Assembly: GCA_963719085.1 (NCBI GenBank)
Contig: CAVRAL010000001.1
Span: 32,001 to 96,000 of the forward strand
Direction of reading: 5' to 3'
DNA: 64,000 nucleotides
Source: a candidate division FCPU426 bacterium
GTDB lineage: Bacteria; Oederibacteriota; Muellerivitia; Muellerivitales; Muellerivitaceae
Below the pieces are notes generated by a model. That model saw nothing but the letters and a program-made list of their open reading frames with translations, was not told the origin of the DNA and made no database searches. Both the position numbers and the translations under genes were made by a program. Of this stretch, positions 10,086-19,287 are shown piece by piece (positions within the stretch are counted from its first letter, which is position 1; every line of letters begins with the position of its first letter).

Positions 10086-10483
10086 AATTAAAAGCCCTCG
10101 TTTTTTTGGTTTTTTTAGCCTGTGTGACGGCTGCCCGCGCTCAGCAGCAGGATGTTCCGGAGCCCGTCTTTACCAGTTTTCCTATTCAACCACCCTACAC
10201 CCTCACTTATCATGGTCGGGATCCTTTCAAGCCGCTTGATAATATTGACCGTTCACCGGAGCTTTCGATCGCGGAATTGGACTATCGGGGTGTTATTCAA
10301 ATCGGAGATTCTGTATTGGCCTTGTTTACGTGGCGCGGAAACCCTCAGGTTCGTTACACGTTGAAATATAGAAAGCTATACGGGGGCAACGACAAGGCTT
10401 TGGATGGTGTGGTGGGCGAGGTTACTCAAGACGATGTTGTTTTGATCCAGGGTGATCAAAAAATAGTTTTTTCTAGAAAGTAG
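10082..10483 (+). CDS. pilP: PilP-like type IV pilus assembly protein
   Basis: Signal peptide, GRDPFKP motif, position between pilO and pilQ. Confidence 0.7.
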   Translation: MKLKALVFLVFLACVTAARAQQQDVPEPVFTSFPIQPPYTLTYHGRDPFKPLDNIDRSPELSIAELDYRGVIQIGDSVLALFTWRGNPQVRYTLKYRKLYGGNDKALDGVVGEVTQDDVVLIQGDQKIVFSRK

Positions 10484-10494
10484 AGGATTGAGCA

Positions 10495-12852
10495 ATGACA
10501 ACCTTTAGCATTAGGACTTATCACTTTATTCTTGGCGTCTTGATTTTCATGATGTCCGTTTGCTCGATCGCGGCGGCCGATAACATGACGTTTGATATGA
10601 ATAAAAATTCCTCCCCGCAGTCAACTCCGACCGTGACCGCGAAAACCACGGACACGCCCGCTGAAAATGCGAAGGTAATTAATAAGATCGATGTCTCAAA
10701 AGATGGCGCGGCCCTTAGTTTTCGGGGAACCGATTTGGTGACCCCGACGGCCAAAAACCAAAAGACCAAAATAGTCCTTATTTTTGAAAATACAAAACTG
10801 GCGATCCCCAAAACAATCGCGGGTGCGGGAGTGATTAAGGATATTCGTTCTTCCATTCACGGAACTTCGGCATGGGTTGTGATTGATGAGGACGGGATTA
10901 AAACTTTTGATTTCGCGGAGACCCCATCCGGACTGAACATGAGTTTGACGACCGGCGGCGTGGCGGTTCCCGCGGATACCACCTTGGCGAAGGCTCCGGC
11001 CGCGACGGCGGACAATTCGGCCTCGGCCCAGGCGATTGTGGACAAGTCGGCTTCAAGCCTGGATTCGACGGGCGCCGATTCCGGAGCGTTTGATAAAAAA
11101 ATATTTTCTCGGTTAATTGACGCTTCCTTAAGACCGGTGGACGGTTCTTTGAAGATTGTTTTAACGGCCGATAGCCCGGCCAAATACACGGTGCGAAAAT
11201 TATCAACCCCTGAAAAGCTCGTGGTTCGTTTCATCAACACCCATCTGGATGTGCCGGCTAACGAGCAAAAAATTCAAAGTGACGCCAACTTGACGGCGAA
11301 AAGCGGTCTTTTATCACTGGAAATCCGCCAAATTGGACAGGGTTTCGCGCCCATTTCGGAAGCCATTTTGACGATTGTGCCTGGAACTAACTATCAAATT
11401 GAGCGGAATTTAAACCAAATCGTTATTAATTTGACCCCTCCGCCGGTGGTGGAAAAACCCGTGGAAAAGACTGGAAACTTGAACCAGCTGATTTCTGCCG
11501 AGCTTGAGTCCGCAGATCTGGGCGCCGTGGTAAGGACTTTGGCCGATGAGTCCGGATTTGACGTGGATATGTCCAGCGCGCCGGTAACCGGGTTAGTGAC
11601 GGAAAAATTTAAAAATGTTCCGTTAAAAGATGTCTTGGCCGTTATTTTGGCCCCGGGCAACTATGTCTATGAAGTTCAAGGAAATATTTTGCGGATTGGG
11701 ACCCAAGCGACCTTAAGCGCCACCAAAAAAATTCTTCCTCAGATTACCGATGTTATCCAGCCGGCGGGCGGGATGACGCCAGCCCAATTGGATACTTTGG
11801 TTCGTCCTATTTTGAGCACCTCCAATGCGTCGAGTTCGGTGGTGGATACGACCCGCAATGTCCTGATTGTTCATGGAACGGTGTCGGATGTTGAAGAATA
11901 CAAGCAAGTGATGCGGGATTTGAAATTGGAGCCCGGTGAAGACACCAACCGTATTACCCGTGTGGTGAAGCTGAACTACGCGGATCCTGCTCAACTCGCG
12001 GTTATTTTAACCACTTATTTGACTCCGCTGGGGCATGTCCAAGTGGATCCGAGGACAGAAGACCTGATTATTTGGGAAGTTCCGGAAAACATGGGGGTTC
12101 TCCTGGAGTTGATAAAAGAAATCGACGTTAAGGCTCCTCAAGTATTGATCGAAGCCAACTTGATTCAAGTGTCCGATGAAAAGGACTTGAACATTGGTAT
12201 TAATTGGACCATCAATAAATCCACCGGTGATACCATCAATTCGACCGCCCAGATGCTGCCGACCAATTTGAATGGAAATGTCACGGCGGCCCCTCAATTT
12301 ACTTTTGGCACGGTTAAGGATAATACTTCCATTCAAGCCGAAATTCAGGCGTTGGAAACGAAAAAGAAAGGAAAAATCATATCCAGGCCGCGTATCGCGA
12401 CCGCCAGCGGAGTTCCGGCTGAAATCGACACAATACAAAACGTCATTGTCCAAACTGTTCAAAATACATTTGTCCAAGGCGTGGGCCAAAATCAAACGAT
12501 CACCTTTAGTCAGGTCCCGGTGCCCATTAATTTGAAAGTCACTCCCCGCATTACGGACGATGGAAGAATCACGACCCAAATGGCCGTCACCGTGACCTCC
12601 ATCACCGGCGCCGCCGCCGTAGGGTCGCCTCCGCCGACAAGCGTTGAGGAAGCTCAAACCACCATTACGACCAAAAATGGCGAAACCATCGTTATCGGGG
12701 GATTGGTTCAGGAAACCATAACGGATGAGGAAGACGGTGTTCCGCTCTTGGAAGACTTGCCTATCATTGGTTCTTTGTTCCAGTCCAAGGATCATGTCCA
12801 TCAAAAGCAAGAACTTATTATTTTCGTGACACCCACGCTGATCGAAGATTAA
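10495..12852 (+). CDS. pilQ: Type IV pilus secretin PilQ with N-terminal AMIN-like domains
   Basis: QVLIEA, LKVTPRIT, GETIVIGGL, GVPLLEDLPIIGSLF, ELIIFVTP secretin motifs. Confidence 0.94.
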   Translation: MTTFSIRTYHFILGVLIFMMSVCSIAAADNMTFDMNKNSSPQSTPTVTAKTTDTPAENAKVINKIDVSKDGAALSFRGTDLVTPTAKNQKTKIVLIFENTKLAIPKTIAGAGVIKDIRSSIHGTSAWVVIDEDGIKTFDFAETPSGLNMSLTTGGVAVPADTTLAKAPAATADNSASAQAIVDKSASSLDSTGADSGAFDKKIFSRLIDASLRPVDGSLKIVLTADSPAKYTVRKLSTPEKLVVRFINTHLDVPANEQKIQSDANLTAKSGLLSLEIRQIGQGFAPISEAILTIVPGTNYQIERNLNQIVINLTPPPVVEKPVEKTGNLNQLISAELESADLGAVVRTLADESGFDVDMSSAPVTGLVTEKFKNVPLKDVLAVILAPGNYVYEVQGNILRIGTQATLSATKKILPQITDVIQPAGGMTPAQLDTLVRPILSTSNASSSVVDTTRNVLIVHGTVSDVEEYKQVMRDLKLEPGEDTNRITRVVKLNYADPAQLAVILTTYLTPLGHVQVDPRTEDLIIWEVPENMGVLLELIKEIDVKAPQVLIEANLIQVSDEKDLNIGINWTINKSTGDTINSTAQMLPTNLNGNVTAAPQFTFGTVKDNTSIQAEIQALETKKKGKIISRPRIATASGVPAEIDTIQNVIVQTVQNTFVQGVGQNQTITFSQVPVPINLKVTPRITDDGRITTQMAVTVTSITGAAAVGSPPPTSVEEAQTTITTKNGETIVIGGLVQETITDEEDGVPLLEDLPIIGSLFQSKDHVHQKQELIIFVTPTLIED

Positions 12853-12872
12853 AGCAACTTAAAAGAATATTT

Positions 12873-12905
12873 TTAGCGCCTTGGTTCCAAGGCGCTAATT
12901 TTTTT
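12873..12905 (+). terminator. Intrinsic terminator after pilQ
   Basis: TTAGCGCCTTG-GTTC-CAAGGCGCTAA followed by T7. Confidence 0.8.
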
Positions 12906-12954
12906 ACCTTCTTTTTAAATCAAACGGTTTAAAAATAAACTCGGAGAATTAAAT

Positions 12955-14118
12955 TTGGCTATTCGCTACTTAACCGCCGGAGAATCGCACGGAAAAGGCG
13001 TCTTGGTTATTTTGGAGGGGTTTCCGGCGCATCTGGAAATTACAAAAACCGAAATTAACGACGAGCTTGCCAGGCGCCAGGGCGGTTATGGCCGCGGGGG
13101 CCGGATGGCGATTGAAAAGGATCAGGTTGAGATCCTTTCGGGAATTCGTAAGGGGCTGACGCTGGGGTCGCCGATTACCCTTTTGATTCGAAACAAGGAT
13201 TATGAAAATTGGGAAAAAATTATGTCGCCCGACTTGGATTTTAAGGAAAAGGGCAACCCTCTACAACGCCCCCGCCCCGGACACGCGGACTTACCCGGAG
13301 GCATCAAATACGATCATCGAGATTTAAGAAATATTCTGGAACGGGCGAGCGCGCGGGAAACCACCGCCCGGGTCGCCGCGGGAGCGGTCGCCAAAGTATT
13401 ATTGAAAAAATTTAATATCCGTGTTTTTAGCCATGTGCTTAAGTTGGGAAAAGTGGCTATTTCGACGTCGGAAAAAAACGCCGAAACCTTGCAGAAAAAA
13501 GCGGAAAAATCCCCGGTGCGAATGATCGATCCCCAAGCCGGGAAAAAAGCTATGGCGCTCATTGATCAGGCAAAGAAAAAAGGCGACACGCTTGGCGGAA
13601 TATTTGAGGTGATTATCACGGGTGTCCCCATCGGATTAGGAAGCCATGTTCAGTGGGACCGCAAGTTGGACGGCAAAATGGCCCAAGCGATCATGAGCAT
13701 GCAGGCGGTGAAGGGTGTTGAGATTGGAAATGGCTTTGAGAACGCCCAGTCCTTCGGCTCCCAGGTTCATGATGAAATCGGCTACCGAAAAGACAAAGGT
13801 TTTTTCCATTGGACCAATCACGCGGGCGGAATCGAGGGCGGGATGTCCAACGGAGAGCCCATTGTGGTTCGGGTCGCCAAAAAGCCCATTTCCACGCTCA
13901 AGACGCCTTTAAGATCGGTCAATATTGAGACCAAAGAAGAGGTCCGGGCAGCCTATGAACGATCGGACGTTTGCGCTCTTCCAGCGGCATCCGTCATCGG
14001 CGAGTCAATTTGCGCCTGGGTCATCGCCGACGCCTTTTTGGAAAAAATCGGCGGAGATTTTATTTCGGAAATTAACAAACGATACCAACTTTACGTGAAG
14101 CATATAAAAAGCTACTAG
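12955..14118 (+). CDS. aroC: Chorismate synthase
   Basis: TAGESHG, RPGHAD, ERASARET, GGIEGGMSNG, ERSD. Confidence 0.97.
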   Translation: MAIRYLTAGESHGKGVLVILEGFPAHLEITKTEINDELARRQGGYGRGGRMAIEKDQVEILSGIRKGLTLGSPITLLIRNKDYENWEKIMSPDLDFKEKGNPLQRPRPGHADLPGGIKYDHRDLRNILERASARETTARVAAGAVAKVLLKKFNIRVFSHVLKLGKVAISTSEKNAETLQKKAEKSPVRMIDPQAGKKAMALIDQAKKKGDTLGGIFEVIITGVPIGLGSHVQWDRKLDGKMAQAIMSMQAVKGVEIGNGFENAQSFGSQVHDEIGYRKDKGFFHWTNHAGGIEGGMSNGEPIVVRVAKKPISTLKTPLRSVNIETKEEVRAAYERSDVCALPAASVIGESICAWVIADAFLEKIGGDFISEINKRYQLYVKHIKSY

Positions 14119-14122
14119 ATCC

Positions 14123-14662
14123 ATGGGGAAAAGGTCCAACTTTTCATTAATTGGCTTCATGGGTTCGGGGAAGACTTCTTCGGGACAGGAATTGGCCCGG
14201 CTACTCAAGTTCGATTTTGTCGATTCGGACCAATTGATTCAAAATGAAATGGGGCTCACGGTCCGTGAAATTTTTGAAAAATACGGCGAAAAAAAATTCC
14301 GGGACCAGGAAAAGGCGCAGCTCGAGAAGATTAGAACAATGGGAAAGACGGTTTGGGCGACGGGAGGCGGGTCTTGGTTGAACCCTTTGATTCGTGAAAG
14401 TCTTTTGGAAAACAGTTGGTCGATTTGGCTCAAAGTTTCCGTGGATCAATCTTGGCAAAGAGTTTCCGCTCATTTATCCCAGCGTCCGCTTTTGTCGAAT
14501 GCCCTAAACCCGATTTCTGAAATTGACCAAAAGTTGAAAGAGAGAAACCCGGTCTATTCGTTGGCGAACTATAGCGTTTCCACGGATGACAAGACGCCAC
14601 GAGAAGTGGCGGGTGAAATTTTTGATATTATTAAAAGAGATAACTTGGTGGATTTGTCCTGA
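14123..14662 (+). CDS. aroK: Shikimate kinase
   Basis: LIGFMGSGKTS, DSD, ATGGG, RPLL. Confidence 0.93.
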   Translation: MGKRSNFSLIGFMGSGKTSSGQELARLLKFDFVDSDQLIQNEMGLTVREIFEKYGEKKFRDQEKAQLEKIRTMGKTVWATGGGSWLNPLIRESLLENSWSIWLKVSVDQSWQRVSAHLSQRPLLSNALNPISEIDQKLKERNPVYSLANYSVSTDDKTPREVAGEIFDIIKRDNLVDLS

Positions 14663-14718
14663 TTTTAGGGTCGGTTGAGGCCGAGGATTTTCTTTTTTTG
14701 GAAATTAAAAGGCGAAAG

Positions 14719-15831
14719 ATGAATAACGAAATAAAGGTAAATCTTAAGGAACGCGGTTATCAGATCCACGTTCGCCGCGGTCTTTTGAAAAAAATTGGGC
14801 CTGAAATTAAGCGCGTTTCGAAAGCGGAGAAAATTCTCTTATTGACGATCCCAAAGGTATGGGAAAAATACGGCCGGACGGTTTTAAAACAACTTTCCAA
14901 AAGTTTTAAACAAGCCGATGTTTTTTTGATTCCGGACGGCGAAATCCACAAGAACGAAAAAGTTCTTTTTTCAGTGTTCAAAAAATTAAAAGATCTAAAA
15001 TTTCAAAAGGATTCCTGTTTAGTCGCGCTGGGGGGAGGCGTGGCGGGGGATTTGGGGGGGTTGGCGGCCTCGCTTTATATGCGGGGCATCGATTTTGTCC
15101 AAGTTCCGACCACCCTGCTGGCGCAAGTTGACGCGAGTATCGGAGGGAAAACAGCGGTCGATTTTCAAGGGATTAAAAATCTCATTGGCGCCTTCTATCA
15201 GCCAAAAGTTGTCTTGATTGATCCGGACACGCTTAAAACTTTGGATGACCGCCAAATGCGGACGGGATTGGCTGAAATCATCAAGTGCGGGATTATTCAA
15301 GACGAAAAATTGTTTGAATCCCTTGAGATGAACATGAGCTTATTCTTTGACCGCGATCCCGAATTTTTAAGTTCCCTCATTTATCGTTCGGGCCTCATCA
15401 AGGCTCGTATTATTTCCGAAGATGAAAGAGAAAGCGGGAAGCGGATGTGGCTGAATTACGGCCATACGTTGGGCCATGCGCTTGAGTCTTATTATGGTTA
15501 TCAACAACTGACGCATGGCGAGGCGATCGCTTATGGAATGTGGGCCGCCGGCCTCATGTCCCATTGGATGGGTTTTTGCACCGCCGAGACGGAACGCCGT
15601 CAATACGCCTTGTTGAAGGTCGCGGGCTTATTCAAACCAGTTCCTAAATTTGAAAAAGAACGTGTTTATCAAAAGATGCTTCTTGATAAAAAGGCGCGGT
15701 CGGGTCAAATCCAATTTGTGTTGACAAGAAAAATAGGTCTTGTTACCATTCAAAAAAATGTTGAAAAATCTTTGATTTTTTCGGCCCTTAATCGTCTCCA
15801 AACTGAAATGACCCAACCATCATTTAATTGA
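14719..15831 (+). CDS. aroB: 3-dehydroquinate synthase
   Basis: LGGGVAGDL, PTTLLAQVDASIGGKT, LNYGHTLGHALE, HGEAIA. Confidence 0.96.
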   Translation: MNNEIKVNLKERGYQIHVRRGLLKKIGPEIKRVSKAEKILLLTIPKVWEKYGRTVLKQLSKSFKQADVFLIPDGEIHKNEKVLFSVFKKLKDLKFQKDSCLVALGGGVAGDLGGLAASLYMRGIDFVQVPTTLLAQVDASIGGKTAVDFQGIKNLIGAFYQPKVVLIDPDTLKTLDDRQMRTGLAEIIKCGIIQDEKLFESLEMNMSLFFDRDPEFLSSLIYRSGLIKARIISEDERESGKRMWLNYGHTLGHALESYYGYQQLTHGEAIAYGMWAAGLMSHWMGFCTAETERRQYALLKVAGLFKPVPKFEKERVYQKMLLDKKARSGQIQFVLTRKIGLVTIQKNVEKSLIFSALNRLQTEMTQPSFN

Positions 15832-15892
15832 AGGATTTTTTACGTCAGAAATCATCGACCTTAAAAAGAAATTAGACACCGATCCAGATTCT

Positions 15893-17149
15893 TTGGTTTT
15901 CGCTCCCCTGGCCGACGCTTACCGAAAGGAAGGCGATTTAAAGGAAGCGTTTGCGGTTTGTAAAAAAGGTTTGGAGCGCCACCCGGCTTATACCAGCGCG
16001 CGCGTCGTTCTTGGGCGTATTTTTCAAGAACAGGGCAAGAGCGAGGACGCGGTCACTGAGTTTAAAAAAGTTTTAGAAGTCGATTCAGAAAACTTAATGG
16101 CCCATTCCCTGTTGGGGAGTATCTATCTCTCCCGGGGCGACTATCAAACGGCGATCGAAGAATATCAAAAAATTCTTTCCCTGAATCCGGATGACGATAA
16201 CGCTCAGTCGTCGTTGAAACAAGCCATTGAAAAAGCCGCTGGAGACTCCAAGGCCAAAGAGCCGGCCAAAAGCACCGCTGAAAGTGAGCCGACGGGAAAA
16301 GAAAATCAATCGACGACTTCCATTACCATAGCGGAACTTTATTTGAAACAAGGGCATTTTGACAAAGCCATTGAGGTTTTCCAAGAATTGCTGGCTAAGG
16401 ATCCTCAGAATTTAATGATCCGGCAAAAATTATCCGATGTGATGGAAAAACAGCAAAAGGACGCGGCTTTGGGAGGCGGTTCGACCTCCAAGCTTAAGAA
16501 AAATGAATTTACCCAACCTCCTGATCAGAAGGAAGATGTTATTACGGAGGAAGTGAAAGTCGATAGCAAGCGTCAGAGCCGCAACAAAAAAGAAGACGAT
16601 TCAAAATTCACCAGTGAGGATATCCTTCAAGTGATGCGCCGGGGCAGCAAGGATGACGCCGTTGTGGAGGAAAAAAAGCCGCTGGAAGCCCCTAAAAATC
16701 CTGAGACCAAAAATAATAATCCTCCCGACAAGCCCGTGAAACCGGAAGAAGTAAAATCGTCCGCGCCGGAAAAAAGTTCTCTCGTGTTGAAACCGGATCA
16801 GGTCGATCGATTTAAGGATATTTTGGCTGAATTGGGCACAATTGAGGGAATTCAAAGATGCTTTTTGATCGGCAACGATGGAATAAACGTTGTTTCAATA
16901 GGTGAAACAAGTAATAATGCGGACCTGGGAAAACAAGCCGTCGCCATTTTTCAAAGTACCCATGCCTCTGTCAGCCAGTTAAATCAGGGAAAGCTTCAAC
17001 AGGTTTTGGTGACCGCTGATTCGGGAAATATTCTTTTGGTTTCCTTGGATCAGCTTGTGCTGATCGTTTTGGCGAATGACAAGATTAATTTGGGTCTTTT
17101 GAGAATCACATTGGACTCCGTTTTGAAAAAAATGGGAAAAATTCTTTAG
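15893..17149 (+). CDS. TPR-repeat protein with C-terminal Roadblock/LC7 (MglB-like) domain; true start probably upstream
   Basis: FAPLADAYRK and tandem TPRs, TIAELYLKQG TPR, low-complexity linker, then IEGIQRCFLIGNDG...NLGLLRI Roadblock-like domain. Confidence 0.75.
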   Translation: MVFAPLADAYRKEGDLKEAFAVCKKGLERHPAYTSARVVLGRIFQEQGKSEDAVTEFKKVLEVDSENLMAHSLLGSIYLSRGDYQTAIEEYQKILSLNPDDDNAQSSLKQAIEKAAGDSKAKEPAKSTAESEPTGKENQSTTSITIAELYLKQGHFDKAIEVFQELLAKDPQNLMIRQKLSDVMEKQQKDAALGGGSTSKLKKNEFTQPPDQKEDVITEEVKVDSKRQSRNKKEDDSKFTSEDILQVMRRGSKDDAVVEEKKPLEAPKNPETKNNNPPDKPVKPEEVKSSAPEKSSLVLKPDQVDRFKDILAELGTIEGIQRCFLIGNDGINVVSIGETSNNADLGKQAVAIFQSTHASVSQLNQGKLQQVLVTADSGNILLVSLDQLVLIVLANDKINLGLLRITLDSVLKKMGKIL

Positions 17150-17198
17150 CTGGAATTTAGTCGGATCGTTAATCGTCTTTATCGGGGAATAAGCAAGT

Positions 17199-17558
17199 AT
17201 GGATTTTAAGAAAATTTTGGAAGAAACCTTATCAAACGTCGAGGGTTCCATTGGCGCCGGCTTAGTCGGCATGGATGGAATCGTTATCGACCAAATTTCC
17301 CATAACGCTTCTTTTGATATTAATGTGGTGGGTGCCGAATATTCGAGCATCATTAAAAACGCCTCCCGCGCTTCCACCAATTTTGGTCTTGGAAACACCA
17401 ACGAGATTTTAATCACGACCGATAAAGCCACCATGATTATGATGATGGTCGGCAACGCCTATTTTGTCACCTTGGCCATTAATCTCGACGGAAATCTTGG
17501 AAGGGGCCGGCTTGAGTTGAAAAAAGCCATCCCCAAATTTGAAAAAGAACTGACCTAA
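17199..17558 (+). CDS. Roadblock/LC7 domain protein (MglB/MglC-like)
   Basis: VEGSIGAGLVGMDGIVI...GNLGRGRLELKK; 119 aa. Confidence 0.85.
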   Translation: MDFKKILEETLSNVEGSIGAGLVGMDGIVIDQISHNASFDINVVGAEYSSIIKNASRASTNFGLGNTNEILITTDKATMIMMMVGNAYFVTLAINLDGNLGRGRLELKKAIPKFEKELT

Positions 17559-17567
17559 AAATTTCCA

Positions 17568-18398
17568 ATGAGTTTGGAAAACGGTTTCGAAACCTCCTCC
17601 GAAGAAATTCAAAGAATAAGCGCTTTTCCCGCGGTCGTTAAGTCCTGGTTTTGCCGGTATTACGACCATCTCCTCCTGCTGGTGTTCTTGAACGTTCTTT
17701 GGGCCTTTGCGTGTTTGGGCCCCACCTTCGTTTTATTTCATTTTGGGTTTTTATTCAAAGCGGGGCAGTGGAACGCCGGAGGACTCGCGGGGATTGGATT
17801 TTGGGACGCCAATGTTTCCATCCTAACGGCCCGCGTTGTTTTTCTGGTTTTGAATGAAGGTGATTTTTCTTGGGGAGTTTTTCGAGAAGGATTAGGGGCT
17901 GCCTGGTTAAAGGCGCTGGGGCTTTTTTTAATTTGGGCCGGTGTGATCGGTTGGTTGGGTTATAATTTTTATTTTTACACCCATTGGAGCCCTTTGGGAG
18001 AACCCTGGAAATGGCTCTTGAGTGGGTTGATTCTTTGGCTTTGTGTCTTTTGGTTGTCCTGCTTTTTCTATCTTTGGCCGATCCTTTTCTTTCAGAACCC
18101 CCCCTTTTTTAGGATATTTTATAAGTCGGCTCTTTTGGTTTTTGAGAATCAGTTCTTTTTGCTTTTTTGTTTAACCTTGTTTTTAGCTCTCTTTTTTTTG
18201 TTTTCCCTGATTCCGGTCGGATGGCTGATTTTAGGCTTTACTTTTTTCTTTTCAATTCAATGCATGGTGCTTGAAAAGCATTTTTTAAGGTATAAAATAA
18301 TATATAAGAACAAGGACTATTCGTCTTTTCTGACCTTTTTAATGGTAGAGAATAAAAGAGATTGGAAGTACTTCTTGAGGCCTTGGGAGAACAAATGA
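17568..18398 (+). CDS. Integral membrane protein (DUF624/YesL-like)
   Basis: About 6 TM helices, NVLW motif, KSALL pattern. Confidence 0.55.
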   Translation: MSLENGFETSSEEIQRISAFPAVVKSWFCRYYDHLLLLVFLNVLWAFACLGPTFVLFHFGFLFKAGQWNAGGLAGIGFWDANVSILTARVVFLVLNEGDFSWGVFREGLGAAWLKALGLFLIWAGVIGWLGYNFYFYTHWSPLGEPWKWLLSGLILWLCVFWLSCFFYLWPILFFQNPPFFRIFYKSALLVFENQFFLLFCLTLFLALFFLFSLIPVGWLILGFTFFFSIQCMVLEKHFLRYKIIYKNKDYSSFLTFLMVENKRDWKYFLRPWENK

Positions 18399-18676
18399 GA
18401 TTGGGTAATCGATGGAAAGGGCTTTTGGTGGGCCTTATTTTGGCTTATCTTTTTGTCTGCGGAAACCGCGGGCTTTTTCGCCTTTATCAACTTCACCAGG
18501 ACAAGTCCTCGCTGACCGAGCAAATATCCCAGCTCCAAGCGCAAGTCGTAAACTATCAAAATGAGTACAAGCGGTTTGACCAAGATCCCACGGCGATTGA
18601 AAAAAGGGCGAGGGAAGAACTGAACCTGGTGAAACCGGGCGAAATGGTGTACCGTTTTGAATCTTCCCCGCGCTAA
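18395..18676 (+). CDS. ftsB: Septum formation initiator FtsB/DivIC
   Basis: TM helix, GNRGL, coiled coil, IEKRAREELNLVKPGE. Confidence 0.88.
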   Translation: MRLGNRWKGLLVGLILAYLFVCGNRGLFRLYQLHQDKSSLTEQISQLQAQVVNYQNEYKRFDQDPTAIEKRAREELNLVKPGEMVYRFESSPR

Positions 18677-18695
18677 AAGGCCGCTTTAAACTTAG

Positions 18696-18724
18696 TTGAC
18701 TTCTGCATCTCGGGTGACTATTCT
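18696..18724 (+). promoter_or_regulatory. Putative sigma70 promoter of the tRNA cluster
   Basis: TTGACT-17 nt-TATTCT. Confidence 0.6.
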
Positions 18725-18823
18725 ACCCCTCCTTGTAAGGCCATCCGGTTAGTTCCACGTTGGGATCCAAGGTTCGTGGTAATTTTCAAGCTTATAAGGT
18801 CGGCCTGCCGAGTGTTGGGGAAT

Positions 18824-18911
18824 GCCGAGATGGCGGAATTGGCAGACGCAAGGGACTTAAAATCCCTCGGGCCTAAAGCCCGTCCCGGTTCGACCCCGGG
18901 TCTCGGCACCA
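18824..18911 (+). tRNA. tRNA-Leu(TAA)
   Basis: GCCGAGA/TCTCGGC acceptor stem, AGGGA-CT TAA AA-TCCCT anticodon arm, long variable arm, TTCGA loop, encoded CCA. Confidence 0.96.
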
Positions 18912-18951
18912 ATTTAGATGTTTTTTAGGTTTGGCTTTTCTTTTAACTACA

Positions 18952-19028
<77 letters not shown>

Positions 19029-19052
19029 TTTTCCCGCCTCAAGGTTTATTCT

Positions 19053-19286
19053 TTGGAAACCATTCTTATTCGTCTTGAAACCCATGGTCGCCGCGGAAAA
19101 ACAGTCACTACCCTGCAGGGATTTACGCATCGACTTGAATATTTAGAAGACCTGACCCGAAAAATCAAAATGAAATGTGGTTCCGGTGGAACCCTTAAAG
19201 ACGGTATTATTGAGATCCAAGGCGACGCGAGGGTCAAAATTAAGGATCTTTTGATCGCCGAAGGATTTCAAGTAAAAGGGTTCTGA
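19053..19286 (+). CDS. yciH: SUI1/YciH translation initiation factor homolog
   Basis: GRRGKTVT, KCGSGGT, IEIQGD. Confidence 0.9.
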   Translation: METILIRLETHGRRGKTVTTLQGFTHRLEYLEDLTRKIKMKCGSGGTLKDGIIEIQGDARVKIKDLLIAEGFQVKGF

Positions 19287-19287
19287 T

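Noticed and set aside
12007..12810. 267-aa minus-strand ORF
   Set aside because: Antisense shadow of pilQ with no recognisable motifs
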